Assembly: GCA_001001185.1 (NCBI GenBank)
Contig: LCKC01000007.1
Span: 1 to 32,000, forward strand
Origin: Parcubacteria group bacterium GW2011_GWB1_45_10
GTDB taxonomy: Bacteria > Patescibacteriota > Minisyncoccia > UBA6257 > Brennerbacteraceae
DNA length: 32,000 nucleotides
Direction: 5' to 3'
The translations under genes and the position numbers were made by a program. Positions 10,384 to 18,672 of this stretch are shown one piece after another (the first letter of the stretch is position 1; each line of letters starts with the position of its first letter). The notes under the pieces are model-generated. The model made no database searches, was not told the DNA's origin, and saw only the letters and a program-made list of their open reading frames with translations.

Positions 10384-10932
10384 ATGTCAAAAGTCGGAAA
10401 AAAATTAACCTTAATCCCGGCTGGCACCACAGTTGAGTGGGATAGCCAGTCAGTGACAGTCAAGGGACCCTCGGGCGAGCTGACGAAAAAACTGGCTCTT
10501 TGGGGGTTTGACCTGTCTTTGGAAAACGGTTTTTTGAAAGTTTCGCCGCCGCCGTCTTTGAATAAGAAAAACAGATCTTTGTGGGGGACTTTGTCGTCGG
10601 TTGTCGCCAACATGGTTTTGGGCGTCAACAAGCCGTTTGAAAAAACTCTTGAATTTGAGGGCGTCGGCTATCGCGCCGAAGTTTCCGGTACAGACCTGGT
10701 TTTGAACGTCGGTTTTTCCCACCCGGTCAAACTGGCGATTCCGCCGGGATTGAGCGTCACCGCCGGCAAGAATAACATTGTCATTGTCGGCATTGATAAA
10801 GAGCTGGTGGGTATGTTTGCGGCGAAAATCAGGAAAGTCAGAAAAGTCGAGCCCTACAAGGGTTCGGGCATCAGATATAAAGGCGAAGTCGTCAAGAAGA
10901 AAGCCGGCAAGAAACTGGCTGGTTCAACTTAA
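10384..10932 (+). CDS. rplF: 50S ribosomal protein L6
   Basis: 182 aa; SKVGKK N-terminus; two-domain L6-like sequence (GVGYRA, EPYKGSGIRYKGE). Confidence 0.93.
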   Translation: MSKVGKKLTLIPAGTTVEWDSQSVTVKGPSGELTKKLALWGFDLSLENGFLKVSPPPSLNKKNRSLWGTLSSVVANMVLGVNKPFEKTLEFEGVGYRAEVSGTDLVLNVGFSHPVKLAIPPGLSVTAGKNNIVIVGIDKELVGMFAAKIRKVRKVEPYKGSGIRYKGEVVKKKAGKKLAGST

Positions 10933-10940
10933 AATAAATC

Positions 10941-11288
10941 ATGCAGATAAAAAAAGACAATCAACTCAGACGCCGTCGGAGAATCAGGGCAAAAGTTTTC
11001 GGGACACACGAAAGACCGAGGCTTTCGGTTTTCCGTTCAGACAAGCATATTCTAGCCCAGTTAATTGACGACGAGTCGGGCAAAACTTTGGTTGCGGTCA
11101 CAGACAAACAGGTTGCCAAAACCGCCAAAACCAAAAAAGAAAAATCTTTTTTGGTTGGCAAGCTTTTGGCGGAAAAAGCCGTCGCCAAAAAAATCAAGCA
11201 AGCGGTTTTTGACCGCGGCGGTTATATTTATCACGGCCGGGTTAAAGAATTAGCCGAAGGCGCCAGACAAGGCGGTCTGGAGTTTTAA
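10941..11288 (+). CDS. rplR: 50S ribosomal protein L18
   Basis: 115 aa; [22 protein letters not shown] and [26 protein letters not shown] motifs. Confidence 0.92.
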   Translation: MQIKKDNQLRRRRRIRAKVFGTHERPRLSVFRSDKHILAQLIDDESGKTLVAVTDKQVAKTAKTKKEKSFLVGKLLAEKAVAKKIKQAVFDRGGYIYHGRVKELAEGARQGGLEF

Positions 11289-11290
11289 GC

Positions 11291-11329
11291 ATTGAAAATC
11301 GAGAATTGATAATTGAAAATTTTTAATTT
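11291..11329 (+). repeat. Heptamer tandem repeat ATTGAAA/ATCGAGA/ATTGATA/ATTGAAA/ATTTTTA in the rplR-rpsE spacer
   Basis: Five 7-nt units at 11291-11325, running up to the rpsE ATG at 11330. Confidence 0.9.
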
Positions 11330-11833
11330 ATGGCAAGAGTAACAATTTCAAGAGCAAAAGATTCAGAGTGGAAGCAAAAACTTCTTGAGCTTCGCCGGGT
11401 GACCCGCGTGGTCGCCGGAGGCAAGCGCATGAGCTTTCGGGTGGTCATGGTGATTGGCGACTTAAAAGGCCGGGTCGGCGTTGGCGTGGCTAAAGGCAAA
11501 GACGTGGCCTTGGCCACTGAAAAAGCCATTTTTCAGGCCAAAAAAGCCATTTTTCAGGTTCCGATTGAAAACGGCACGGTTCCTCATCAGGTTGAAGCCA
11601 AACATTCAAGCGCCAGGATTATTATTAAACCAGCCAAAAAAGGCAGAGGTTTGATTGCCGGCGGCGCCGCCAGAGTGGTTTTGGCGTTTGCCGGATACAA
11701 AGACGTGACGACTAAAAACCTTGGCCGGACAACGAATCAGCTGACCAACGCGGTCGCGACAATTAACGCTTTAAAAAAATTGAAACATGGTGTTAATCAA
11801 CCAGATAAAACCAAAGCATCAGCCAAGAGCTAA
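11330..11833 (+). CDS. rpsE: 30S ribosomal protein S5
   Basis: 167 aa; RVTRVVAGGKRMSFRVVMVIGD and GRGLIAGGAARVVL motifs. The 3' end overlaps rplO by 47 nt. Confidence 0.93.
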   Translation: MARVTISRAKDSEWKQKLLELRRVTRVVAGGKRMSFRVVMVIGDLKGRVGVGVAKGKDVALATEKAIFQAKKAIFQVPIENGTVPHQVEAKHSSARIIIKPAKKGRGLIAGGAARVVLAFAGYKDVTTKNLGRTTNQLTNAVATINALKKLKHGVNQPDKTKASAKS

Positions 11834-12236
11834 AAGAAGAATCGGCCGCGGTGGCAAGCGGGGCACTTATTCGGGCAAAGGACAGAAAGGCCAGAAATCA
11901 AGAGCCGGCGCGAAGTTTTATTCCGAGCAAAGGGCGGCGATTTTGAAAATTCCGAAAAGGCGCGGCGTGGGGTTTAAAAACAGCCCGCAAAAGTTCAAAC
12001 ATTTTTCCGTTTCGGTTAACCTTGATTCGCTTGAAAAGATTTTCAAATCCGGCGAAACGGTTTCCTTGAAGTCGCTTTTGAGCCGCAAGCTGGTGAATAA
12101 ACTGTCAGGCAAACTGCCTTTGGTTAAAGTTCTGGCGGGTTCAAAAAAATTCGGCAAAAAACTTTATTTTGTCGGGATTGAACTTTCCGCCAAAGCCAAA
12201 GAAGCGATTATCGCGGCCGGCGGCGCCGTCCGTTAA
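11787..12236 (+). CDS. rplO: 50S ribosomal protein L15
   Basis: 149 aa; MVLINQIKPKHQPRAKRRIGRGGKRG..GKGQKGQKSR matches the L15 N-terminal consensus. It follows S5 directly, with no L30 gene between. Confidence 0.9.
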   Translation: MVLINQIKPKHQPRAKRRIGRGGKRGTYSGKGQKGQKSRAGAKFYSEQRAAILKIPKRRGVGFKNSPQKFKHFSVSVNLDSLEKIFKSGETVSLKSLLSRKLVNKLSGKLPLVKVLAGSKKFGKKLYFVGIELSAKAKEAIIAAGGAVR

Positions 12237-12242
12237 AGATTT

Positions 12243-12251
12243 TGGTAAAAT
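12243..12251 (+). promoter_or_regulatory. Extended -10 element TGgTAAAAT 14 nt before the secY ATG
   Basis: TG at 12243-12244, TAAAAT at 12246-12251. The same 9-mer recurs before the 17614 gene. Confidence 0.35.
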
Positions 12252-12265
12252 AAATTTCAAGAACA

Positions 12266-13537
12266 ATGTTCCAGACAATCCTTGCGGTTTTCAAAGACAA
12301 AGACTTGGGCAAAAAGATTTTAATCGTTGCCGGACTTTTGGTTGTCAGCCGGTTTTTCGCCGCGCTGCCGATTCCCGGAACCGATCCTTCGGCTTTAAAA
12401 TCTTTTTTCATGCAAAACCAGTACCTTGGTTTGGTGAATATTTTTTCCGGCGGCGCTTTGGCCAATTTTTCCATTGCCATGCTCGGCATCGGACCCTACA
12501 TCACGGCTTCAATCATTCTTCAGCTTTTGACGATGATTTTTCCGGCAATGAAAGCGATGTATTACGAAGAAGGCGAGATTGGCCGGGCAAAGTTCGTCAA
12601 ATACACCAGATACGCGACGGTTTTTTTGGCTTTTTTCCAGGGCTTTGCTTTTTTGAACCTTTTGAAAAAGCAGGGCGTGATCGGCAGTCTTGAACCGTTT
12701 GAGCTTTTCCGGAACATCATTCTGGTCACCGCCGGCTCAATCATTTTCATGTGGCTCGGCGAACTGATTTCCGAGCAGAAAATCGGTTCGGGCAGCTCGC
12801 TGATTATTTTTGCCGGCATCATCACGGGTATGCCGACGGCTTTGCGGAACAATATTCTGACTTTTGATTACGCCAAGATTCCTTCTTACATGATTTTCAT
12901 TGCTTTGGGCCTGGTAACAATTCTTGGCGTGATTTTGATTAACGAATCGGAAAGAAGAATTCCGATAAGCTACGCCAAAAGAGTCAGGGGGATGAAAGTT
13001 TTCGGCGGCCAGAATACTTATCTGCCCTTGAAGGTTAATCAGGCCGGCGTCATTCCGATTATTTTCGCCATCTCGATTCTTCTTTTTCCGGGATTGGTTG
13101 CCCAGCTTTTGAGCCTGAGCAACAATGATTTTTTGGTTAAAGCCGGCGCTTCAATCCAGGGTTTTTTCAATAATCAGCTGGCTTACGGCTTGAGCTACTT
13201 TATCCTGGTTTTCGCTTTCACCTATTTTTACACTTTAATCACTTTTGACCCGAAGGAGATTTCAAAAAATATCCAACAGCAGGGCGGATTTGTGCCGGGC
13301 ATCCGGCCGGGACAGAACACGGCAGAGTTTTTGGGCAAGATTTTGTTCAGAATCACTTTTCTGGGCGCGATTTTCCTTGGCTTGATTGCAGTCCTGCCTT
13401 TAATGGTTCAGGGCTTGACCGGCATCACCAGCCTGACTCTTGGCGGCACCTCGCTTTTAATCGTTGTTTCCGTGGCTTTGGACACCATCAGGCAGCTGAA
13501 AGCGCAGATGCTGATGAGGGATTACGATACTTTTTAG
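12266..13537 (+). CDS. secY: Preprotein translocase subunit SecY
   Basis: 423 aa, about 10 hydrophobic segments. GIGPYITASIILQLL and VIPIIFA motifs. Conserved position after rplO. Confidence 0.95.
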   Translation: MFQTILAVFKDKDLGKKILIVAGLLVVSRFFAALPIPGTDPSALKSFFMQNQYLGLVNIFSGGALANFSIAMLGIGPYITASIILQLLTMIFPAMKAMYYEEGEIGRAKFVKYTRYATVFLAFFQGFAFLNLLKKQGVIGSLEPFELFRNIILVTAGSIIFMWLGELISEQKIGSGSSLIIFAGIITGMPTALRNNILTFDYAKIPSYMIFIALGLVTILGVILINESERRIPISYAKRVRGMKVFGGQNTYLPLKVNQAGVIPIIFAISILLFPGLVAQLLSLSNNDFLVKAGASIQGFFNNQLAYGLSYFILVFAFTYFYTLITFDPKEISKNIQQQGGFVPGIRPGQNTAEFLGKILFRITFLGAIFLGLIAVLPLMVQGLTGITSLTLGGTSLLIVVSVALDTIRQLKAQMLMRDYDTF

Positions 13538-13538
13538 G

Positions 13539-13722
13539 AGAATAAAAAACATTTGTTCTTCGCATAGTTTGGGTTGAATAAAATCTTGCTTCACTCACAA
13601 CGATAAAACGTCGTCCTGCTCGCCAAGCAAAGCTTGGCTCACGGACGCCTGACGTTTTATCGGTTCGCTTCAGAGATTTTTCGTTCAGCCTCAAAATGCT
13701 CATAACCAATGTTTTTTATTCT
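13539..13722. repeat. 184-nt long imperfect palindrome (MITE-like or structured-RNA element) directly after the secY stop
   Basis: Nested complementary arms. Outer AGAATAAAAAACATT (13539-13553) / AATGTTTTTTATTCT (13708-13722), 15/15. CGATAAAACGTC (13601-13612) / GACGTTTTATCG (13651-13662), 12/12. Centre GCCAAGC-AAA-GCTTGGC (13622-13638). Two additional 7-bp segments also pair. Confidence 0.85.
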
Positions 13723-13732
13723 TTGGCGGGAC

Positions 13733-13816
13733 AACACAAAAATACGGCTTGGAGCCGTGTTTTTGTGTTATTGATCCCACGCATAAGTTATGTGTGGGAT
13801 TGATTTTGCGGTTTTT
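13733..13816 (+). terminator. Two tandem strong hairpins, the second followed by a T-rich tract (probable secY-unit terminator)
   Basis: A 17-bp stem (13733-13749 / 13753-13769, one G-U, 3-nt loop). A 12-bp stem (13774-13785 / 13789-13800, one G-U), then TGATTTTGCGGTTTTT. Confidence 0.5.
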
Positions 13817-13828
13817 CTGTGTTGTAAT
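13800..13828 (+). promoter_or_regulatory. Candidate promoter TTGATT-N17-TGTAAT for the small membrane-protein gene
   Basis: TTGATT at 13800-13805, TGTAAT at 13823-13828, followed by GGAGG at 13836-13840. Confidence 0.4.
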
Positions 13829-13845
13829 TCTGGTCGGAGGATAAA

Positions 13846-14016
13846 ATGAACCCGAAAATTGCTTTCATAATGTTGGCGGTTCTTTTCTGGATTGGCAGTT
13901 TACTCGCGGTTATTGGCGCGTTTCAGGCGCGTCAGCTTCTTGGGCTGATTCCGGCAGTGGTTGCTGCTGGCATTGGCTGCGGGATTTTAAATCTCAACCG
14001 TTACGTCCAGAAATAG
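13846..14016 (+). CDS. Small hydrophobic protein, 56 aa, two predicted TM helices (below the 60-aa ORF-track cutoff)
   Basis: ATG at 13846, preceded by GGAGG 5 nt upstream. Translation: MNPKIAFIMLAVLFWIGSLLAVIGAFQARQLLGLIPAVVAAGIGCGILNLNRYVQK. Has its own candidate promoter and a strong terminator. Confidence 0.6.
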   Translation: MNPKIAFIMLAVLFWIGSLLAVIGAFQARQLLGLIPAVVAAGIGCGILNLNRYVQK

Positions 14017-14026
14017 ATCTGTCGTT

Positions 14027-14058
14027 AAACTCAGCGTTAAAACGCTGAGTTTTGTTTT
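14027..14058 (+). terminator. Rho-independent terminator
   Basis: AAACTCAGCG (14027-14036), 6-nt loop, CGCTGAGTTT (14043-14052), then TGTTTT. Confidence 0.8.
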
Positions 14059-14074
14059 CCAAAACCAGCGGATT

Positions 14075-14083
14075 TGCTATAAT
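14075..14083 (+). promoter_or_regulatory. Extended -10 promoter TGcTATAAT, 10 nt before the adk ATG
   Basis: TG at 14075-14076, TATAAT at 14078-14083, adk ATG at 14094. Implies a leaderless or near-leaderless transcript. Confidence 0.5.
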
Positions 14084-14093
14084 TTATTGAGAT

Positions 14094-14774
14094 ATGAAAA
14101 AGAAAAACAAATTCCAGGTTTTTTGCGTTATCGGCAAATCCGGTTCCGGCAAAGGCACCCAGGTGGAGCTTTTAAAGAAAAAGTTTAAGGATGTTTTCCA
14201 TATTGTTTTGGGCGATCTTTTGCGGGCGTTCATCAAACAAGACAACCGGATTGCCAGAACAGTTGGCGCCAAAATGAACAAAGGCGAGCTCGCGCCTGAC
14301 TGGCTGGCAGACTACCTTTGGCAAAAAGAGTTTATGAAGCGAGCTGGCAAAGTCAGGTTCGTAATCTTTGAAGGCAATCCCAGGACCATCAAGCAGGCTG
14401 AAGAGCTTGAAGATTTTTGCAAGACTGTTTTTAACAGCCTGCCCTTGGCGGTTTATCTTAATATTTCTGACAGCGAAGCTAAGCGCCGGCTTTTAATCCG
14501 GCTGATTTGCAAAAAGTGTAAAAAGCCAGTGCCTTATAAAATGCTGGCGCAAAATCCCAAGAAATGCCCTTTTTGCGGCGGTCCGCTTGAAAAAAGAAAA
14601 GACGACGGTGCCAAAGCCATTTTGAAAAGGCTTGTTTGGTTCAGGACAGAAGTTCTGCCGACACTAAAATATTTTAAAAAACAAGGGCGTCTGGTTCAGG
14701 TTAACGGCGAACAAGACGTGCCAGAAGTTTTTAATGAGCTGTGGGCCAAGCTCTCTAAAAAACTCAGGTTTTAA
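14094..14774 (+). CDS. adk: Adenylate kinase with zinc-type LID (CxxC...CxxC)
   Basis: 226 aa; GKSGSGKGTQ P-loop; CKKC..(16)..CPFC lid. Conserved position after secY. Confidence 0.88.
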   Translation: MKKKNKFQVFCVIGKSGSGKGTQVELLKKKFKDVFHIVLGDLLRAFIKQDNRIARTVGAKMNKGELAPDWLADYLWQKEFMKRAGKVRFVIFEGNPRTIKQAEELEDFCKTVFNSLPLAVYLNISDSEAKRRLLIRLICKKCKKPVPYKMLAQNPKKCPFCGGPLEKRKDDGAKAILKRLVWFRTEVLPTLKYFKKQGRLVQVNGEQDVPEVFNELWAKLSKKLRF

Positions 14775-14807
14775 ATTCGTATATTCGTACAAATTCGTTA
14801 TTCGCTG

Positions 14808-15590
14808 ATGATTACCATCAAAACTGAAAAAGAGATAGAGCTTTTAAAAGCCGGCGGCAAACGTCTGGCTTTAATTCTTTCAGATTTGGCAAAAATGTGC
14901 ATTCCCGGTGTTTCCGGTGATGAGCTGGACAAAAAAGCCGGTTATTTAATGGAAAAATACAGTTCTGAACCGTCTTTTTTTAAGTACCGTCCGGGGCCGC
15001 ATTCAAAACCTTTTCCGGCGAATATCTGTCTTTCCGTCAATCACGTCACGGTTCACGGAATTCCGTCAAAAAAAATTGTTTTGAAAGAAGGCGATGTCGT
15101 CAAAGTTGACGCCGGCTTGGTTTATTCGGGCATGTTCGTTGATTCAGCCGTGACAGTTGCCGTTGGCAAAGTTTCTTCAAAAGCCAGTAAGCTTATCAGT
15201 GTTACGAAAAAAGCCCTGGATCTGGCGATTAAACAATGCCTGCCGGGAAAAAGAATCGGCGACATCGGCTTTGTTGTTGAACAGCTTGCCAGAAAAAACA
15301 AATTTTTCGTGGTTAAAGACCTGACTGGTCATGGTGTTGGCTATGGGGTTCACGAAGATCCGTTTGTGCCGAACTATGGCAAAAAAGGTGTTGGTACACA
15401 GTTAAAACCTGGTATGGTTCTGGCTTTGGAGCCGATTTTGGCTCTGGGAACCGGAGAGTCTTTGGAGATCGAAGACGGCAGTATTGCCACAGCTGACGGT
15501 TCTGTTTCAGCTCAGTTTGAACACACCGTGGTGATAACCAAAACCAAGCCATTGGTAGTTACAGAATTAAGAATTAGGAATAATGAATAA
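14808..15590 (+). CDS. map: Methionine aminopeptidase type I
   Basis: 260 aa; VKVDAG, GHGVG, LEPIL and EHTVVIT metal-ligand motif series. Confidence 0.95.
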   Translation: MITIKTEKEIELLKAGGKRLALILSDLAKMCIPGVSGDELDKKAGYLMEKYSSEPSFFKYRPGPHSKPFPANICLSVNHVTVHGIPSKKIVLKEGDVVKVDAGLVYSGMFVDSAVTVAVGKVSSKASKLISVTKKALDLAIKQCLPGKRIGDIGFVVEQLARKNKFFVVKDLTGHGVGYGVHEDPFVPNYGKKGVGTQLKPGMVLALEPILALGTGESLEIEDGSIATADGSVSAQFEHTVVITKTKPLVVTELRIRNNE

Positions 15591-15607
15591 GGTAAAAGGA
15601 TGTTTTC

Positions 15608-15642
15608 ATTCATAATTCATAATTCGTCATTCATTATTCATG
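15608..15642 (+). repeat. Heptamer tandem repeat ATTCATA/ATTCATA/ATTCGTC/ATTCATT/ATTCATG running into the ruvX start codon
   Basis: Five 7-nt units read directly. The last unit contains the ruvX ATG (15640). Confidence 0.9.
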
Positions 15643-16038
15643 AATCTTTTGGCGGTTGATTTTGGCGAAAAAAATATTGGTCTGGCTTTTTACAGCCCGG
15701 CGGCGAAGATTCCTTTGACGCTTGAACCTTTGCGTGTCGGTTCAAAAGCCGAAGCTTTGGCCAAACTCGGCGAGCTTGTCAAAGAAAAAGAGGTTGGCAA
15801 AGTGGTTTTTGGTTTACCGCTGAATTTTGAGTTTGCCGAAACTGAACAGTCTCAAAAAACCAGGCAGTTCGCCAAAGAGCTTTTTGAAACACACGGAGTT
15901 GAGGTTGACTTTGTCAACGAAGTCTTAAGCTCGGTTTTGGCGTCGCAGCTTAGAGGCTCAAGCAAAGACTCACACTCTTCAAGCGCCTTGCTTATCCTTG
16001 AAGATTATCTGGATAAACTGGAAGAACTCGGTTCTTGA
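15640..16038 (+). CDS. ruvX: YqgF/RuvX-family putative pre-16S rRNA nuclease / Holliday junction resolvase-like protein
   Basis: 132 aa; LLAVDFGEKNIGLAF N-terminus and VVFGLPLN motif typical of YqgF. Confidence 0.85.
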   Translation: MNLLAVDFGEKNIGLAFYSPAAKIPLTLEPLRVGSKAEALAKLGELVKEKEVGKVVFGLPLNFEFAETEQSQKTRQFAKELFETHGVEVDFVNEVLSSVLASQLRGSSKDSHSSSALLILEDYLDKLEELGS

Positions 16039-16076
16039 GTTGATTATTGATCTTTCTATTTTATGCTTTACGTTTC

Positions 16077-16805
16077 ATGAGCAAGGTTTTTCTTTCGGTG
16101 GTCATCCCGGCTTTTAATGAAGAAAGCAATCTGGTTCCAACTTTGAATTCTGTTTTTGATTATCTTAAAAAACAAGATTATTCCTGGGAAGTGATTGTCG
16201 TTAATGACGGCTCAAAAGACCATACCAAAGATCTGGTTTTAGCGTTTCAAAAATCGTCACTGAAACTGGTTTTGCTTGATTTTCCGGAGAACCACGGCAA
16301 AGGCTTTGCCGTCAATCAGGGGGTTTTGCGCTCAAGGGGCGAACTGGTTTTGTTTATGGATGCGGACAACTCAACGAAAATAAATGAAATAGAAAAAGCC
16401 ATTCCTTTGCTTCAGGGTAATATTGCGTCAGCCACGTTTGACGTGGTCATCGGTTCTCGCCGGTTGCCCGGCTCAAAAATTTTAAAGCCGCAGCCGATGA
16501 TTCGCCGTTTGCTCGGCGAGGTTTTCCGGTTTTATGCAAAGTTCTTGTTTGGTTTTTCTTTTGACGACACTCAGGCGGGGTTTAAAGTTTTCAATCAAAA
16601 AGCGAAGAAAATTTTCAGTTTTCAGACCATCTGGCGCTGGGGTTTTGACGTGGAGCTTTTGTGGCTGGCGAAAAAAATGAAGTTTAAACTCAAAGAAATC
16701 CCGATTGACTGGGAAAACAGCCCCAAAACCCATGTCAGCTTGTTCGGCGCGGCGAATATGCTTTTAGAGTTATTAAAGATAAGATTAACGAGGTATAATT
16801 TATAA
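16077..16805 (+). CDS. Family 2 glycosyltransferase (polyprenol-phosphate sugar synthase-like)
   Basis: The ATG at 16077 gives MSKVFLSVVIPAFNEE.. followed by VVNDGSKD and FMDADNS (DxD), as in GT2. The listed TTG start at 16047 is less likely. Confidence 0.85.
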   Translation: MSKVFLSVVIPAFNEESNLVPTLNSVFDYLKKQDYSWEVIVVNDGSKDHTKDLVLAFQKSSLKLVLLDFPENHGKGFAVNQGVLRSRGELVLFMDADNSTKINEIEKAIPLLQGNIASATFDVVIGSRRLPGSKILKPQPMIRRLLGEVFRFYAKFLFGFSFDDTQAGFKVFNQKAKKIFSFQTIWRWGFDVELLWLAKKMKFKLKEIPIDWENSPKTHVSLFGAANMLLELLKIRLTRYNL

Positions 16806-16807
16806 AT

Positions 16808-17581
16808 ATGGCAAAAACACTGATTTTTAACTGGAAGCTCAACCCGGCGACGCAAAAGCAAGCTGAAGCTTTGCTCGGTGTTTACCAGAAAACAGTTTCA
16901 AAAAACTGTGAAATCGTTATTTCGCCGCCGTTTGAGCACCTTTGGTTTTTAAACGCAAAAAAACCGGTTTTGGGATTGGGATTTTGCGCCCAAGATTGTT
17001 TTTGGGAAAATCTTGGTCCTTATACCGGCGCGGTTTCGGCGTTGAACCTGAAGCTTTCCGGGATTGATTACGTTATTTTGGGTCATTCGGAAAAGCGGAT
17101 TCATCTTGGCGAAACTGACGCCATGGTGAATAAAAAAATCCTGAACGCCATTGGTTCCGGGCTGAAGCCCGTGGTTTGTTTTGGAGAAGATTTAAAAACT
17201 CATGCCAAAGGCGAAGACGTAGTGAAAAAATTCATTAAAAAACAGCTAACCGGCGCTTTGAAAGGCCTGAATTCTTATTCTTTGTCGCAGAAAAACAGCA
17301 TTATTGTCGCTTACGAGCCGGTCTGGGCAATCAGCAATAACTCCGGCAATGTCGCTGACTCTCCGGCGGATGCCGCTAAAATTATTGAGTTTATCAAAGA
17401 CCTGCTTGTTTCAAACTTCGGTTTTCAGGTGCCGCGAGTTTTGTACGGCGGCTCGGTCAACCGGAAAAACATCAAAAGTTTTCTTAGTTTTGATCAGATT
17501 AACGGTTTTTTGGTCGGTCGGGCGTCTTTGGACCGCGAAGAAATCCAGACGATTGTCCGGGAGTGCGGCGCCAAACCATAG
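16808..17581 (+). CDS. tpiA: Triosephosphate isomerase
   Basis: 257 aa; FNWKLN, VILGHSEKR, AYEPVWAI and YGGSV motifs. Confidence 0.9.
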   Translation: MAKTLIFNWKLNPATQKQAEALLGVYQKTVSKNCEIVISPPFEHLWFLNAKKPVLGLGFCAQDCFWENLGPYTGAVSALNLKLSGIDYVILGHSEKRIHLGETDAMVNKKILNAIGSGLKPVVCFGEDLKTHAKGEDVVKKFIKKQLTGALKGLNSYSLSQKNSIIVAYEPVWAISNNSGNVADSPADAAKIIEFIKDLLVSNFGFQVPRVLYGGSVNRKNIKSFLSFDQINGFLVGRASLDREEIQTIVRECGAKP

Positions 17582-17613
17582 CTATAGGCGCAGGTTGATG
17601 GTAAAATACAATT

Positions 17614-17880
17614 ATGGCAGTCATCAAGAAAAAAGCCTGGCCAGAGCTTTTTGAGGCGGTGGTTTCGGGAAAGAAAAAATATGACCTTCGTTTAAACGAG
17701 TTTGAAATTAACGAAGGCGACACCCTACTCCTTGAAGAGTGGGACCCGAAAACAAAGACCTACACTGGCAGAAGTGTTGAGAAAAAAGCCGGTCATGTCT
17801 GGAAGTTCAAATTAGACAAGCTGTTTTGGCCGGAAGAAGAGATGAAACAAAAAGGGCTCCAGATTATTTCCCTGGAGTAA
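17614..17880 (+). CDS. DUF3850/ASCH-like small protein
   Basis: 88 aa; WPELFEAVVSGKKKYDLRLN..EGDTLLLEEWD resembles DUF3850 (ASCH superfamily). Assigned from memory of that family. Confidence 0.65.
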   Translation: MAVIKKKAWPELFEAVVSGKKKYDLRLNEFEINEGDTLLLEEWDPKTKTYTGRSVEKKAGHVWKFKLDKLFWPEEEMKQKGLQIISLE

Positions 17881-17919
17881 TCAACAAACAATTAAAAATT
17901 ATTAATTAAAAAAACAATT

Positions 17920-18672
17920 ATGATGGACTTAGAAAAAGCGAAAAAAATTCTTTTCTTGGTTCTTTCCGTATTTCTCGGGGCAATGACTTTGTTTGGTTCT
18001 GTGATTTCTTGGAATTACATAGGTTCTTTCCGCCCGGTGACTGCCAGCATCCTTGGCACTGGCAAGATGATTTACAAACCCGACCAGGCCGAAGTTTCCC
18101 TTTCTGTGGTTTCCAAAGGCCTGAACCCGGAATCAGTTCAGTCTGACAATGATGAAAAGATGTCCGAGATTGTCAATTATTTGAAAGACTCCGGCGTCAA
18201 AGAAGAAGAGATTAAAACTGTTTCTTACAATCTTTATCCCGAATACGAGCAGGGGGAAAACTACCTAAACACTTTCAGGATTATCGGCTACACCTTGGAG
18301 CAGGGGTTGAGTTTTAAAGTCAAAGATATTTCAAGCGTCGGCAAGCTTGTTGGCGGTCTGTCGGGCAAAGGAGTCAATCGGATTAACGGCATCAGCTTTT
18401 CTCTGTCTGATGAAAAAACCGAGGAGCTTAAGGTTCAGGCAAAAGAAAAAGCGGTTGCCAAAGCCAAGTTTGAGCTGGAAAAAACAAAATCTCTTTACGG
18501 TTTGAAAAGAGCCAGATTAATCAGCATCAGCGACTACCAAAACTATCCGTCTCCGATCTACCGCGACGCGAAAGCTTATGGCTTGGGCGGCGAAGCTTCA
18601 AGCATTTCGCCGATTCAGATTGGCACCGGAGAGCTCGAAGTGAACGTCTCTCTGCTTTACGAATTAAAATAA
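17920..18672 (+). CDS. SIMPL/DUF541-family protein with N-terminal TM anchor
   Basis: 250 aa; an N-terminal hydrophobic helix, then GTGKMIYKPDQAEVSLSV, typical of DUF541. Confidence 0.7.
   Translation: MMDLEKAKKILFLVLSVFLGAMTLFGSVISWNYIGSFRPVTASILGTGKMIYKPDQAEVSLSVVSKGLNPESVQSDNDEKMSEIVNYLKDSGVKEEEIKTVSYNLYPEYEQGENYLNTFRIIGYTLEQGLSFKVKDISSVGKLVGGLSGKGVNRINGISFSLSDEKTEELKVQAKEKAVAKAKFELEKTKSLYGLKRARLISISDYQNYPSPIYRDAKAYGLGGEASSISPIQIGTGELEVNVSLLYELK

Noticed and set aside
13488-13709. 73-aa minus-strand ORF in the secY-adk gap.
   Set aside because: It lies entirely within the palindromic element and the secY 3' end. It is an artefact of the inverted-repeat sequence.
13539-13722. Calling the 184-nt palindrome a bona fide MITE or mobile element.
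   Set aside because: Terminal inverted repeats are present, but I see no flanking target-site duplication (left flank ...TTTTTAGG, right flank TTGGCGGG...) and no transposase in the window. It is reported as a repeat or structured element only.
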